DNA of 64,000 bases from Fibrobacteraceae bacterium (lineage in GTDB: Bacteria; Fibrobacterota; Fibrobacteria; Fibrobacterales; Fibrobacteraceae). The stretch lies in contig JAZQSE010000012.1 of assembly GCA_045629945.1 (NCBI GenBank), forward strand, positions 13,514 to 77,513, written 5' to 3'. This document shows positions 37,438 through 47,079 of the stretch, one piece after another. The notes under the pieces are model-generated. The model ran no database searches, was not told where the DNA came from, and was given only the letters and a program-made list of their open reading frames with translations. How positions within the stretch are numbered: position 1 is the first letter of the stretch; each line of letters opens with the position of its first letter. The translations under genes were made by a program, and so were the position numbers.

Positions 37438-38184
37438 TTATTTTTTAGGAGCTTCCGGAGCCTTTATTTCCAAAAGTTCCATTTCAAATACGAGCAAGCT
37501 ATTTGCTGGAATGGTTGGCATTTTACGAGCGCCATAACCGAGTTCGCTAGGAATCCAAGCCTGAACTTTTGAACCAACTTTCATAAGTTTGAGCATTTCT
37601 GTCCAACCTGGGATAACTGCTTTAACAGGGAATTCCATTGGTTTACCGCGATCAATGCTGCTATCAAATTTCTTGCCGTCTAAAAGAGTACCGGTGTAAT
37701 GAACAGAAACAATAGAAGAATCTGTCGGGATAGCACCAGAGCCTTCCTTAATTACTTTATACTGCAAACCAGAAGCAGTTGTTACAACGCCTTCTGCAGT
37801 TTTATTTGTTTCAAGGAATGCTTTTTGTGCTGAAAGAGCTTGTTCTGCGGCAATGCTATCTTTTTTCGCACGTTCTGCTTGAGCTTTTTGAGAAAGTTCA
37901 TTCAAAGTAACGAAAATCATAGAATCGTTCATAAGATATTTTGCACTATCTTTATTGAAACGTTCTTTAAAACCTTGAATAAAAACATCCAAATCAACAT
38001 CAAGAGAATCTCTTGCAATAAGTTGAGCTTCTGCCTGAACGCCAAAATGAGAACCAAGAGCATAGCTAAAACGGTCTTTTTCTGTATCAAGGCTAGATTT
38101 GGTTTTTGCTTGGCCAACAGGTTCGAGGCAAGCAGTGAGAGCTAAAGAAAGAATGCCTGCAACGGCGATAGTTTTCAATTGCAT
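37438..38184 (-). CDS. FKBP-type peptidyl-prolyl cis-trans isomerase (FkpA/Mip-like lipoprotein)
   Basis: VSVHYTGTLLDGKKFDSS, IPGWTE and LVFEMELL. Lipobox LALTAC. Confidence 0.88.
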   Translation of the reverse strand: MQLKTIAVAGILSLALTACLEPVGQAKTKSSLDTEKDRFSYALGSHFGVQAEAQLIARDSLDVDLDVFIQGFKERFNKDSAKYLMNDSMIFVTLNELSQKAQAERAKKDSIAAEQALSAQKAFLETNKTAEGVVTTASGLQYKVIKEGSGAIPTDSSIVSVHYTGTLLDGKKFDSSIDRGKPMEFPVKAVIPGWTEMLKLMKVGSKVQAWIPSELGYGARKMPTIPANSLLVFEMELLEIKAPEAPKK

Positions 38185-38304
38185 AGGAATCCTTATTTAA
38201 AAGTTAAACTGCGTTTAAAATAGAAAAATCCTATTTCTTTTTGTACTCTTTTTTTAAGAAAACGCTTTTCTTTCCCCTACTAGAACTTGTTATTTTTTGC
38301 ATTC

Positions 38305-40863
38305 ATGGCAGATCAATCCTTATTAAAGCAAAAAATTGATTCCGTTAAAGCAGGAGAAGACATTTTAACGGCCTTTCTATCTTGGGTTGAATCAAAAGGC
38401 GTTTCTCTTTACCCGGCTCAAGAAGAAGCTATTCTAGAATTATTTTCTGGGAAAAATGTCTTTTTAAACACCCCGACAGGTAGCGGAAAATCCCTTGTTG
38501 CTTTAGCCCTTCATTTTGAAAGTTTGGTTTTTGGCAGACGCTCTGTTTACACATGCCCGATCAAAGCCTTAGTCAATGAAAAATGGATGGCTTTATGTAA
38601 AGAATTCGGGCCTGAAAATGTCGGTCTTTCTACAGGAGATGCAACAGTCAACCACAATGCTCCTATTCTTTGCTGTACCGCTGAAATTCTTTCTAACATG
38701 GCTTTAGCAGAAGGTGCCTCTTTAAACATCACTGATATAGTCATGGATGAATTCCATTACTATTCAGATAAAGAACGTGGTGTAGCTTGGCAAGTCCCAT
38801 TATTAACTTTATCAAACGCAAGATTCTTATTAATGTCAGCCACTGTCGGCAATACTACTTTTTTTGAAAAAGAAATGACAAGAATTTCTGGGCGGGAAAG
38901 CATAACGATTCGTTCTACAGAAAGGCCTGTCCCATTAGAATTTTCTTATTCAGAAACAGACTTACCAAGCCAGGTTCAACGCTTATTACAAGAAGGCAAA
39001 GCTCCTGTTTATGTTGTTCATTTTTCACAAAACGAAGCGTCTCAAAGTGCACAAAATTTAAGTTGCCTTGAAATCTGTAATAAAGAAGAACGCGCTCTCA
39101 TCGCAAAAGAAATAGAAAATTTCCGTTTTTCAAGCCCTTATGGCCCAGACATAAAAAGATGGCTTCGCCTAGGAATTGGTTTACACCATGCAGGCCTTTT
39201 ACCCAAATACAGAATCCTTGTTGAAAAACTAGCTCAAAAAGGTTTACTTAAAATAATTTGCGGAACAGACACTCTCGGCGTCGGAGTAAATGTTCCAATC
39301 AGAACCGTTTTATTCACAAAACTCTGCAAATACAGTGGCGACAAAACAGCCATTTTATCAGTTCGTGATTTTCACCAAATCGCCGGGCGTGCCGGGAGAA
39401 AAGGTTTTGACAATATCGGTTATGTAGTCGCGCAAGCTCCAGAGCATGTCATAGAAAACAAAAAACTTGCAGCCAAATCACTAAAAACAGGTAAACGCTT
39501 TGCCAAAAAACAACCGCCAGAAAAAGGCTTTGTGCCGTGGGACAATTCAACCTTTGAACGATTAATTCACTCCGAACCGGAACCTTTAAAATCCAGTTTT
39601 CAAGTAACGCATGGCATGTTACTCAATGTTCTTTCTCGAAAAGAAGATGGCTGCATTGCCATGAAACACTTGATCCGTGATTGTCACGAAGACAAAAGTG
39701 CCAAACTTTCTTTAAGGAAGCGAGCCTTCCAACTTTTCCGTTCACTTGTTGAAAAAAAGATTATTGAATTTTGCAAACCAGAGTTCCCTGGGCTTGCAAA
39801 AGTACAAGTCAATTTGGACTTGCAAGATGACTTTTCAATGAACCAACCCTTATCCCTTTACTTAATTGACACATTACAAAAGCTAGACAAAGAATCTCCT
39901 GATTACGCCTTGAATGTTTTGTCTTTAGCAGAATCTATTGTAGAAAATCCAGACCTCATTTTACGCAAACAATTAGACAAATTAAAAACAGAAGTTTTAA
40001 ACGAATTAAAAGCCGAAGGCGTTGAATTTGACAGGCGAATGGAAATACTTGAAAATTTGGAATACCCAAAACCACTTCGAGATTTCATTTATGACACATA
40101 CAATGCCTTTGCAGAAATTCACCCTTGGGTTGATTCCAATGTAAACCCTAAATCCGTTGTAAGAGAAATGTTTGAAAACTTTTCCACATTTTCTTCTTAT
40201 GTAAAGCAATATAGCTTACAACGCTCAGAAGCCATTCTCTTACGCCATATCAACGCCACCTACAAAGTCCTTTCTCAAACCGTCCCCGACTCTTATAAAA
40301 ACGAGCCCCTATTAGAAATGGAAAATTACTTAGGTGAAATGATCCAACGAATTGATTCTAGTTTATGGGAAGAATGGGAACGCTTAAAAAATCCGGAGTT
40401 CCAATTAAATCAAAAAGAAGAACAAGCATTCAGTGGAACTTTACCCGTAGATATAACCGCAGACAAAAAACGATTCCTTGGGCTTTGTCGCATACGCCTA
40501 TTTGAATGGCTTACCCTTATTTCAAGAAAACAATACAGCGACGCTTTAGATTTACTTGCAGACGATTTAGCAGAAGGCATGCTTTTAACAGACAAAGAAG
40601 GAGCCCCTTGGACAGAGCGACGACTAGAAGAAATTTTTAACACTTATGAAAGTACTCACGGAAAATTCAGATTAGACGCAGAAGGGCGAGCCTTACCTTA
40701 TACAATATCTAGAGAAGAAAACAACTTCTTATACATTGAACAAATGCTTCAAGATACTGAAAATTTAAACGACTGGAGTATTTGTTTCTGCATACCTTTA
40801 GAAGAATCCAAAAAAGCCTCTGCTGCTTTGATTTATCTAGAAAGCATCGGTGAATCTTTATAA
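38305..40863 (+). CDS. DEAD/DEAH-box (Ski2-like) helicase with a long C-terminal extension
   Basis: [11 protein letters not shown] (motif I), MDEFHYY (motif II), MSATVGN (motif III) and [10 protein letters not shown] (motif VI). ATG at 38305. Confidence 0.8.
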   Translation: MADQSLLKQKIDSVKAGEDILTAFLSWVESKGVSLYPAQEEAILELFSGKNVFLNTPTGSGKSLVALALHFESLVFGRRSVYTCPIKALVNEKWMALCKEFGPENVGLSTGDATVNHNAPILCCTAEILSNMALAEGASLNITDIVMDEFHYYSDKERGVAWQVPLLTLSNARFLLMSATVGNTTFFEKEMTRISGRESITIRSTERPVPLEFSYSETDLPSQVQRLLQEGKAPVYVVHFSQNEASQSAQNLSCLEICNKEERALIAKEIENFRFSSPYGPDIKRWLRLGIGLHHAGLLPKYRILVEKLAQKGLLKIICGTDTLGVGVNVPIRTVLFTKLCKYSGDKTAILSVRDFHQIAGRAGRKGFDNIGYVVAQAPEHVIENKKLAAKSLKTGKRFAKKQPPEKGFVPWDNSTFERLIHSEPEPLKSSFQVTHGMLLNVLSRKEDGCIAMKHLIRDCHEDKSAKLSLRKRAFQLFRSLVEKKIIEFCKPEFPGLAKVQVNLDLQDDFSMNQPLSLYLIDTLQKLDKESPDYALNVLSLAESIVENPDLILRKQLDKLKTEVLNELKAEGVEFDRRMEILENLEYPKPLRDFIYDTYNAFAEIHPWVDSNVNPKSVVREMFENFSTFSSYVKQYSLQRSEAILLRHINATYKVLSQTVPDSYKNEPLLEMENYLGEMIQRIDSSLWEEWERLKNPEFQLNQKEEQAFSGTLPVDITADKKRFLGLCRIRLFEWLTLISRKQYSDALDLLADDLAEGMLLTDKEGAPWTERRLEEIFNTYESTHGKFRLDAEGRALPYTISREENNFLYIEQMLQDTENLNDWSICFCIPLEESKKASAALIYLESIGESL

Positions 40864-40873
40864 GTTTAACTCA

Positions 40874-41731
40874 ATGAAATTATTACTCGCTTACATTTTC
40901 CGTTTCTTTTACAACATCGATAAATGGACTCGTCTACGCAAAAAGAGTCCTTTAAAAAAATCACGCCTATGGGTCATCGGAAGTGTTCGCATCGGAGGCG
41001 CCGGCAAAACTCCTATCACTCTTAAACTCGCTAGTCTCCTACAAAAAAACAACTTCTCCGTTGCCGTTTTATTGCACATTTCCGCACAAGACGAAGCTAA
41101 ATTATTCAAAAAGAAAAACAAATCTCTCGCCATATTCCTCACAAGCAATCGAAGCAAAACCGCTTTAAAACTAGACGGAAAATATGATTACATCTTATGC
41201 GATGACGGCTTTGAAGACAAAAGACTTTTGCCCGATAAAAAAATCTTCTTGGACTTCGGCGAAAAAGCAAATTCCATAAAAGACTTATTCCCACATGGTA
41301 ATTGTCGCAGTTTAAAAAAAGACCACAACGACATCACAAACACATGGACTTGCTCTGGAAAAAATCCTGACTGCAAATTCTCAATTGAAAAAATAATCTC
41401 TTCTAAAGACTATTTTGAAAGCAAACAAAACGCTCCAATTGCCCACTTACAAAACGCATCAATTGCCTGTGCCATCGGCGACCCAAAACGATTTGAGCAA
41501 GACATAAAAAATTGCAAAGTACAAATAGCACAAAAATATTTCTTCCGAGACCACTCTAGAAATTTTGAACAAAAAATTGAAAAAATCCTCCACCAAGACA
41601 CGCCTCTAATCATCACCGAAAAAGACGCCATGCGCATACAAACGCACAAGCAAAACAAAAATCTTTTTATTGCCTGCCAAAAAACAGAACTCGCCGCCAG
41701 CATTTTAAAACCTCTTTTTACGGAAAGGTGA
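40874..41731 (+). CDS. lpxK: Tetraacyldisaccharide 4'-kinase
   Basis: VIGSVRIGGAGKTPITLKLA P-loop context and CDDGFED block. I prefer ATG 40874, after the helicase stop, over the track GTG at 40850. Confidence 0.75.
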   Translation: MKLLLAYIFRFFYNIDKWTRLRKKSPLKKSRLWVIGSVRIGGAGKTPITLKLASLLQKNNFSVAVLLHISAQDEAKLFKKKNKSLAIFLTSNRSKTALKLDGKYDYILCDDGFEDKRLLPDKKIFLDFGEKANSIKDLFPHGNCRSLKKDHNDITNTWTCSGKNPDCKFSIEKIISSKDYFESKQNAPIAHLQNASIACAIGDPKRFEQDIKNCKVQIAQKYFFRDHSRNFEQKIEKILHQDTPLIITEKDAMRIQTHKQNKNLFIACQKTELAASILKPLFTER

Positions 41732-41811
41732 TTCGAAATAAATTTCGAATCGTCGACAAACCTTTTTCTTGCAAAAAAACACCAGCCATTCCTTCTTATT
41801 TTGCAAACTCA

Positions 41812-42412
41812 CACTTGCTTGCAGTTCTTACCTGAGAACCTTGTCATTGCGAGACGTGTAGAATACACGGCGTGGCAATCTCATCGCCAACGACTTGTCC
41901 ACGGTTCTTGTCATTGCGAACCCAAACAAGATTTTCCGCGAAGCCTAAATGTGAGCCTGCCACGAGCCACACTTGTGGCGTGGTGGAAGCAACCTCCTTG
42001 CTAACAGATGGCCACGTCGTCTTAAAAGACTCCTCGCCATGACAACCCTACTCTTGCTCGCAGTTCTTGCCTGAGAACCTTGTCATTGCGAGACGTGTAG
42101 AATACACGACGTGGCAATCTCATCGCCAACGACTTGTCCACGGTTCTTGTCATTGCGAACCCAAACAAAATTTTCCGCGAAGCCTAAATGTGAGCCTGCC
42201 ACGAGCCACACTTGTGGCGTGGTGGAAGCAATCTCTTCACAAGCAACACTTGTTTTTGGATTACTTCGCTACGCTCGTAATGACAAAAACCAGGATCGCC
42301 GCACTGCGTTCGCGATGACAACCCTACACTTGCTCGCCCTTCTTGCCACAAATTTTTTGCCCGAGTTTTCTGTCATTACATATTCAAAACGGAGCGAAGT
42401 AATGACAAGCTT
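41812..42412. repeat. Tandem array (period 239 bp, two units plus a partial third) of hairpin / inverted-repeat-rich intergenic elements
   Basis: Units at 41812-42050 and 42051-~42231 are near-identical, and the array restarts at 42314. TTGTCATTGCGA(G/A) occurs at 41841, 41908, 42080 and 42147. Its inverse CTCG..ATGACAA occurs at 42033, 42274 and 42310. Hairpins CGTGTA-GAA-TACACG lie at 41855-41869 and 42094-42108. Confidence 0.85.
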
Positions 42413-42545
42413 TTTCCAAATCGAAACAGATTTTCACTCCTTTTGAAACAATTTTTGTTCTCTTTCTAAACTCGGCAAATGCATACATAAAAATTTTTCA
42501 CATTTCTTCTTGCAACAGTTTTTCTCAAAACAAAATTTCCTTTTT

Positions 42546-42561
42546 TGGCACACCATTTGCT
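42546..42561 (+). promoter_or_regulatory. Sigma-54 (-24/-12) promoter upstream of hsp20
   Basis: TGGCAC-ACCAT-TTGCT gives GG-N10-GC spacing, an exact match to the TGGCAC-N5-TTGCW consensus. It lies 57 nt upstream of the hsp20 ATG. Confidence 0.7.
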
Positions 42562-42617
42562 TAAAAGAAAGCAAAAAGAAACCATAGGCTTAAAGCCTAA
42601 AAATAAGGAGATACATT

Positions 42618-42989
42618 ATGACAACAACACAAATTTTTCCAACGCCTTTCTTTCAGTTGAAAGATTTTCTGAATCCGTTTGGAGCAGAAAACACGCAAAA
42701 TAAAAACGTGCCTGTTTCTTCTATCAACGAAAAAGAAAACGGCTATGAAGTAGAAGTTGAACTTCCTGGCGTTCGTAAAGAAAACATTGAAATCAGCATA
42801 GAAAAGAATTTGCTTTCTGTTTCTGCTACTCGCAAAAAAGGCGAAATGGAACTTTCTTATAAACGCGATTTCAGAATTTCTGACGAAATCGATTCCAATG
42901 AAATAAAAGCTTCTTTTGAAAACGGATTGCTCGTTCTTAAGCTTTCAAAAAAGAAACAAACAGAAGCTAAGAAAATCGAAATCCTTTAA
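42618..42989 (+). CDS. Small heat-shock protein (Hsp20 / alpha-crystallin family)
   Basis: 123 aa. GYEVEVELPGVRKENIEISIEKNLLSVSA and FENGLLVLKLSKK match the alpha-crystallin domain. AAGGAG RBS. Confidence 0.88.
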   Translation: MTTTQIFPTPFFQLKDFLNPFGAENTQNKNVPVSSINEKENGYEVEVELPGVRKENIEISIEKNLLSVSATRKKGEMELSYKRDFRISDEIDSNEIKASFENGLLVLKLSKKKQTEAKKIEIL

Positions 42990-43000
42990 AAAATAAAATC

Positions 43001-43028
43001 CCAGGGTTTATGCCCTGGTATTTTATTT
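43001..43028. terminator. Bidirectional terminator between hsp20 and the TolC-like gene
   Basis: CCAGGG-TTTATG-CCCTGG with A/T runs on both sides. Confidence 0.55.
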
Positions 43029-44309
43029 ACAATACAATTCTAAAAGCGCTCTCGCTAACAGAGCTGTATATTTTGTTTGCGTCAAAGTCAGCTTTGAGGT
43101 TTCTAACTCACTACGATAAGAAAGGTAATCTGTATAAGTTATAGCCCCAAGATTTTTTTGATCTTCTGCAACTTTAAACGCCGCTTCATTCGCTTCTACT
43201 TGTAAAATCGTTGCTTGCCATTGATTTTCTGCAGCAAGCGCATTTAAGTAAAGTTGTTCAATTAAATTTTCTAAAGATTTTTCTGTTTCTTGTTGTGTGA
43301 TTTTACTTTTTTCAGATTGAATCTGAGCATTTAAAACTTTATTGGTCGTAGTTCCTTTATCTATAATTGGAATATTTATCCCAAGAGTAATACTATGATT
43401 ATAGCCATACTTTAATTGATTCCCATAAGCCCCAGATTCCCACGCTTGAAGCCCTGTACCTGCTTGTGCTCCAAGAGTTACGCTTATAGAACTGTTTTTG
43501 CCGGCCAGTTTCACATTTTTTTCGGCCGAAAGAATAGCTAAACTATCAGCAGCAAGATTTGGATTTTTCTCTTTTGCTTTTTTTAATAAATCTTCTACAG
43601 ATAAAAGACTTTCTAGAGAATCTGGTGTAAGCGTTTCCAAATTTTCAGATTTAATAGAAAATTCTTCTTCTCTAGAAATTTCTAAAAGCTGGCGTAAAGT
43701 TGTTTCTGCATTTATTTTTGATTGTTCTGCCGAAAGTAAAGAAACTTTCTTTTGAGCGGCATCGGCTTTTGCCAAAACCAAATCTCTTTTTGTAATACTC
43801 CCAGCTTCAAATAGCTTAAATTGATTTTCTGCTTCTGCTTCAGAAATTTCAAGTGCTTTTTTAGCAACTTCTATTTTTTCATTTGCATTTAATAATGCGT
43901 AAAAAGCATCTAAAACTGAAACCTGTATATTTAATGTTGCAAGTGCTGTCCGCTTTTCTGCCGCTTGTTTATCTATTTGAGCGGTTTCTATTGAAAGCGA
44001 TGTTGCCCCACCATTCCAAAGAACCATAGAACCATTCAAACCAAGAGAAAGGCGGTAATGGTCTTGTGGGCCTTCCACAAAAGGGTTATCATAAAGCGTG
44101 TTATTAATACTTGCAGAAAGAGATGGATATCTATCTATTTTTGCTGTTTTAATTGCCACATTTGCTTGTTCTTCACTTAGCTTTGAAACTTGAATAGAAA
44201 GACTAGATTCTTCGGCTCGTTTTAAACAATCTTCCAAAGTCCACTCCGCCGCAAAAAGCGTTGAGCTAAAAAACAGAATAACTAATTTAAAACGTTTCAT
44301 AAAATTCAT
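43023..44309 (-). CDS. tolC: TolC-family outer-membrane efflux protein
   Basis: 428 aa with a signal peptide and two tandem coiled-coil/barrel repeats. WTLEDCLKRAEESSLSIQ is the typical TolC-family N-terminal block. Confidence 0.75.
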   Translation of the reverse strand: MNFMKRFKLVILFFSSTLFAAEWTLEDCLKRAEESSLSIQVSKLSEEQANVAIKTAKIDRYPSLSASINNTLYDNPFVEGPQDHYRLSLGLNGSMVLWNGGATSLSIETAQIDKQAAEKRTALATLNIQVSVLDAFYALLNANEKIEVAKKALEISEAEAENQFKLFEAGSITKRDLVLAKADAAQKKVSLLSAEQSKINAETTLRQLLEISREEEFSIKSENLETLTPDSLESLLSVEDLLKKAKEKNPNLAADSLAILSAEKNVKLAGKNSSISVTLGAQAGTGLQAWESGAYGNQLKYGYNHSITLGINIPIIDKGTTTNKVLNAQIQSEKSKITQQETEKSLENLIEQLYLNALAAENQWQATILQVEANEAAFKVAEDQKNLGAITYTDYLSYRSELETSKLTLTQTKYTALLARALLELYCK

Positions 44310-44482
44310 ACAGGGAATATAACAAAACCCAAAAGTAGAAAACCTTTTTTCAAAATAAAATTGCCTTTAAATATAAATGAAAATTCACACTTAAAGGCAA
44401 AGTTTAATCTTTAGATGAAACAAGAAAATAAATGGTTGCATTCTTTTCTTGTAAAATAATTTTCTTTTATCTAATCACAGAA

Positions 44483-45805
44483 TTAATTCATAAACGCTGT
44501 ATAAATTGAGCGAATCGCTTTTTCTGTATCCGCTTCATCTACACCAGTAATGATATTAATCTGAGAAGAGCCTTGGTCAATAATACGCACGTTCACATTG
44601 TTATCAGCAAGTGCTGTAAAAAGCTTTGCTGCAACACCAATTTTGTTTGTCATGCCATGACCAACAGTTGCAATTAAAGCAATGCCTGGGAAAACTTTAA
44701 TTCTATCAGGACGCATCTGTTGCGTAATATCTTCAAGAACCGTATTCTGCACCGCTTCAAGCGCTTTTGAATCTACCACAATACTCATAGAATCAATGGC
44801 ACTTGGGCAAAGTTCATAAGAAAGGCCTTCTGATTCCAAAACAGCAAGGACTCGACGCCCAAAACCTACTTCTTTATTCATCATAGACTTTTCAATGTAA
44901 ATCATAGAAAAGCCTTTTCTGCCAGCAACGCCTGTAATAGGGCGTAAAGCTTTTTCTGGTGTAGGGCCAATAATCGTTCCGGCATCTTCAGGGCGGTTTG
45001 TGTTTCGAATATTGATAGGTATTTTCTTTACGCGACAAGGCGCAATAGATTCATCATGAAGTACGCTTGCTCCAGAATAAGCAAGTTCACGGATTTCCCG
45101 GTAACTCACGTATTCAATCGGAAGCGGATTTTCCACAATTCTTGGGTCTGCCATAAGCATTCCAGAAACGTCTGTCCAGTTTTCATACTTGCCGGCATCA
45201 ATACCATTTGCAAGAATAGCTCCAGTAATATCAGAACCACCACGGCTAAAAGTTTTAACTTCTCCACGAAGATTGGATCCATAAAAACCAGGCAAAACAT
45301 AAAGTTGATTTTCATCTGAAAGAGCTTTTGCAATATCGTCATACGTTTTAGGAACAATACGATATTTATCATCAAAAGTAATCAACGGGAATGTATCTAC
45401 AAAATTTGCCCCTAAATATTTTGCCATCAGACGGGCACACAAAAATTCACCTCGGCTTACAAGAAAATCTATTGTTACAGATTCCGGATGATTTTTGAGT
45501 TTATCTTCTAAACTGTCTAAATCTTCAGTCAATTTATTTTCAAGACCTAAGTCATTACAAATTTCATTATAGCGTTCACGAATTAAATTCCAAGGTGTTG
45601 AAAAATCAAGCCCTTTAGAAGCTAAATCATAAGTACTATAAAGAAGGTCGGTAAGCTTTGTTTCTTTTGGATTGCGTTTACCTGGGGCAGAAACGACAAT
45701 AACTTTACGATTCTTGTCTGATTCAACAATGGCCTTAATTTTTTTGAATTGGCCTGCGTCAGCAACAGAACTGCCGCCGAATTTACATACGGTTCTTTTA
45801 TTCAT
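44483..45805 (-). CDS. lysC: Aspartate kinase (monofunctional, ACT-domain type)
   Basis: True N-terminus MNKRTVCKFGGSSVAD at ATG 45805, with AAGGA 6 nt upstream. The C-terminal ACT repeats follow. The track ORF runs 31 codons further into the leader. Confidence 0.88.
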   Translation of the reverse strand: MNKRTVCKFGGSSVADAGQFKKIKAIVESDKNRKVIVVSAPGKRNPKETKLTDLLYSTYDLASKGLDFSTPWNLIRERYNEICNDLGLENKLTEDLDSLEDKLKNHPESVTIDFLVSRGEFLCARLMAKYLGANFVDTFPLITFDDKYRIVPKTYDDIAKALSDENQLYVLPGFYGSNLRGEVKTFSRGGSDITGAILANGIDAGKYENWTDVSGMLMADPRIVENPLPIEYVSYREIRELAYSGASVLHDESIAPCRVKKIPINIRNTNRPEDAGTIIGPTPEKALRPITGVAGRKGFSMIYIEKSMMNKEVGFGRRVLAVLESEGLSYELCPSAIDSMSIVVDSKALEAVQNTVLEDITQQMRPDRIKVFPGIALIATVGHGMTNKIGVAAKLFTALADNNVNVRIIDQGSSQINIITGVDEADTEKAIRSIYTAFMN

Positions 45806-45905
45806 GTTTTCCTTTCGGGCCGCAAGACCTCTCGCACTTCGGGCAAAATCGCTTGACTCACGACTAATATGCCCAAGCCTACCCATCTGGCCAGCCACTT
45901 GGTTT
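45806..45905 (-). promoter_or_regulatory. GC-rich structured 5' leader of lysC (candidate riboswitch-like element)
   Basis: The RNA reads AAGUGGCUGGCCAGAUGGGUAGGCUUGGGCAUAUUAGUCGUGAGUCAAGCGAUUUUGCCCGAAGUGCGAGAGGUCUUGCGGCCCGAAAGGAAAAC-AUG. Nested stems include GGGCA/UGCCC, AGUCG/CGAUU and GCGAG/CUUGC. Candidate promoter TTTACA-N16-TACAAA lies at 45950-45923. Confidence 0.45.
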
Positions 45906-46044
45906 TGTGATTTTCGTTGAATTTTGTAAAAAAATCCAACGGTTTGTAAAAATAGTAATCTCTTGTGATAGAAATAAGGGGAATAGGCGTTTTTAAAAGT
46001 AGAAGTTTATTTTTTTTGTTTTCTTATCTGAGAAAAGGTCCTAT

Positions 46045-46950
46045 ATGGCTCATTTTAAACAATTACTTGAGATTGCAGCAAAAGCTGACATTCCTGTCCT
46101 TATTCTTGGCGAATCTGGCTGTGGAAAAGAAGTGGCAGCAAGAAACCTTCATAAAAACAGCCTGCGCCAAAATGGTCCCTTTATCGCATTGAATTGTGGA
46201 GCTATCCCACAAAATCTTATAGAAAGCATTTTAGAAGGCTCAGAACGCGGCGCCTTTACAGGCGCAACGGTAGACAAAACCGGCGTTGTTCGTGCCGCCG
46301 AAGGCGGCACATTATTCCTTGACGAAATTGGCGAACTTCCTCTCCAAAGTCAAGCTAGGCTCTTGCGAATCCTTCAAGAAAAAAAAGTACTCCCTGTCGG
46401 CTCTCACAAAGAAATTCCTGTTAATTTCAGGCTCATTTGTGCCACCAATCGCCACCTTCCCACTTTAGTCCAACGGGGCGAATTCCGTGAAGATTTATTT
46501 TTCAGATTAAATGTTTTCCCAATCAATTTACCTCCGCTCAGAGAACGTGGAAAAGAAATAGAGTACATTGTCAAAAGCGTCTGGCAATCCGTTGAAATGG
46601 AAAACGCCGAGCGAAAATGGAACAGAGAACTTACGCTACAAGAAATAAACCACTTACAAGAATACCACTGGCCAGGAAACATCCGCCAACTAAAAAATAT
46701 CCTTTTGCGTTATCACCTTTTACACCCTTGTAATGTTTCTTTAGAAACATTACTTGCCGAAGAACATGCAAACTACTCTGTAAAAAAAACTATAAAAAAA
46801 CGCAACAAAGCTCCTGAAGCCCACATTCTGACAAAAACCCTCCATGATTGCGGAAATAATAAATCACTTACTGCTAGAAAACTAGGCATTAGTCGTGGAA
46901 GTCTATGCTACCAACTGCGCCGTATACATATTTCCAACAACCTGGATTAA
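46045..46950 (+). CDS. Sigma-54-dependent transcriptional activator without a sensory domain (PspF-like architecture)
   Basis: The AAA+ domain starts about 15 aa from the N-terminus: VLILGESGCGKE (Walker A), ERGAFTGA (GAFTGA loop), TLFLDEIGEL (Walker B). C-terminal HTH is NKSLTARKLGISRGSLCYQLRR. Confidence 0.85.
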   Translation: MAHFKQLLEIAAKADIPVLILGESGCGKEVAARNLHKNSLRQNGPFIALNCGAIPQNLIESILEGSERGAFTGATVDKTGVVRAAEGGTLFLDEIGELPLQSQARLLRILQEKKVLPVGSHKEIPVNFRLICATNRHLPTLVQRGEFREDLFFRLNVFPINLPPLRERGKEIEYIVKSVWQSVEMENAERKWNRELTLQEINHLQEYHWPGNIRQLKNILLRYHLLHPCNVSLETLLAEEHANYSVKKTIKKRNKAPEAHILTKTLHDCGNNKSLTARKLGISRGSLCYQLRRIHISNNLD

Positions 46951-47079
46951 AAATGCTTATAAAAAACATCTTTTCCATTTTTTTGATGCAAGAAAAAGAA
47001 GATAAAGCTATTTTATCTCTTATAAGTTTTCTTACAGTTCTTGTTTGAAGATAAAAGTTTAATCTAAAAAAGGAAATAT

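Noticed and set aside
41812-42412. Possible CRISPR array.
   Set aside because: The repeat period is 239 bp with internally structured units rather than 25-40-bp repeats alternating with unique spacers. There are no cas genes in the window.
41801-42446. Three ORF-track entries (41801-42004, 42067-42318, 42111-42446) inside the lpxK-hsp20 gap.
   Set aside because: They are translations of the tandem repeat units. Two of them give the same peptide. They contain hairpin-derived low-complexity strings (CHCEPKQ, RYARNDK), lack an RBS and overlap each other. I treat the region as non-coding repeat DNA.
45806-45905. Annotating the lysC leader outright as a canonical lysine riboswitch.
   Set aside because: Only three short fragments match. 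The element is too short for the five-helix architecture, and I could not find the AGAGGCGC-type P1 start. It is kept as a candidate only.
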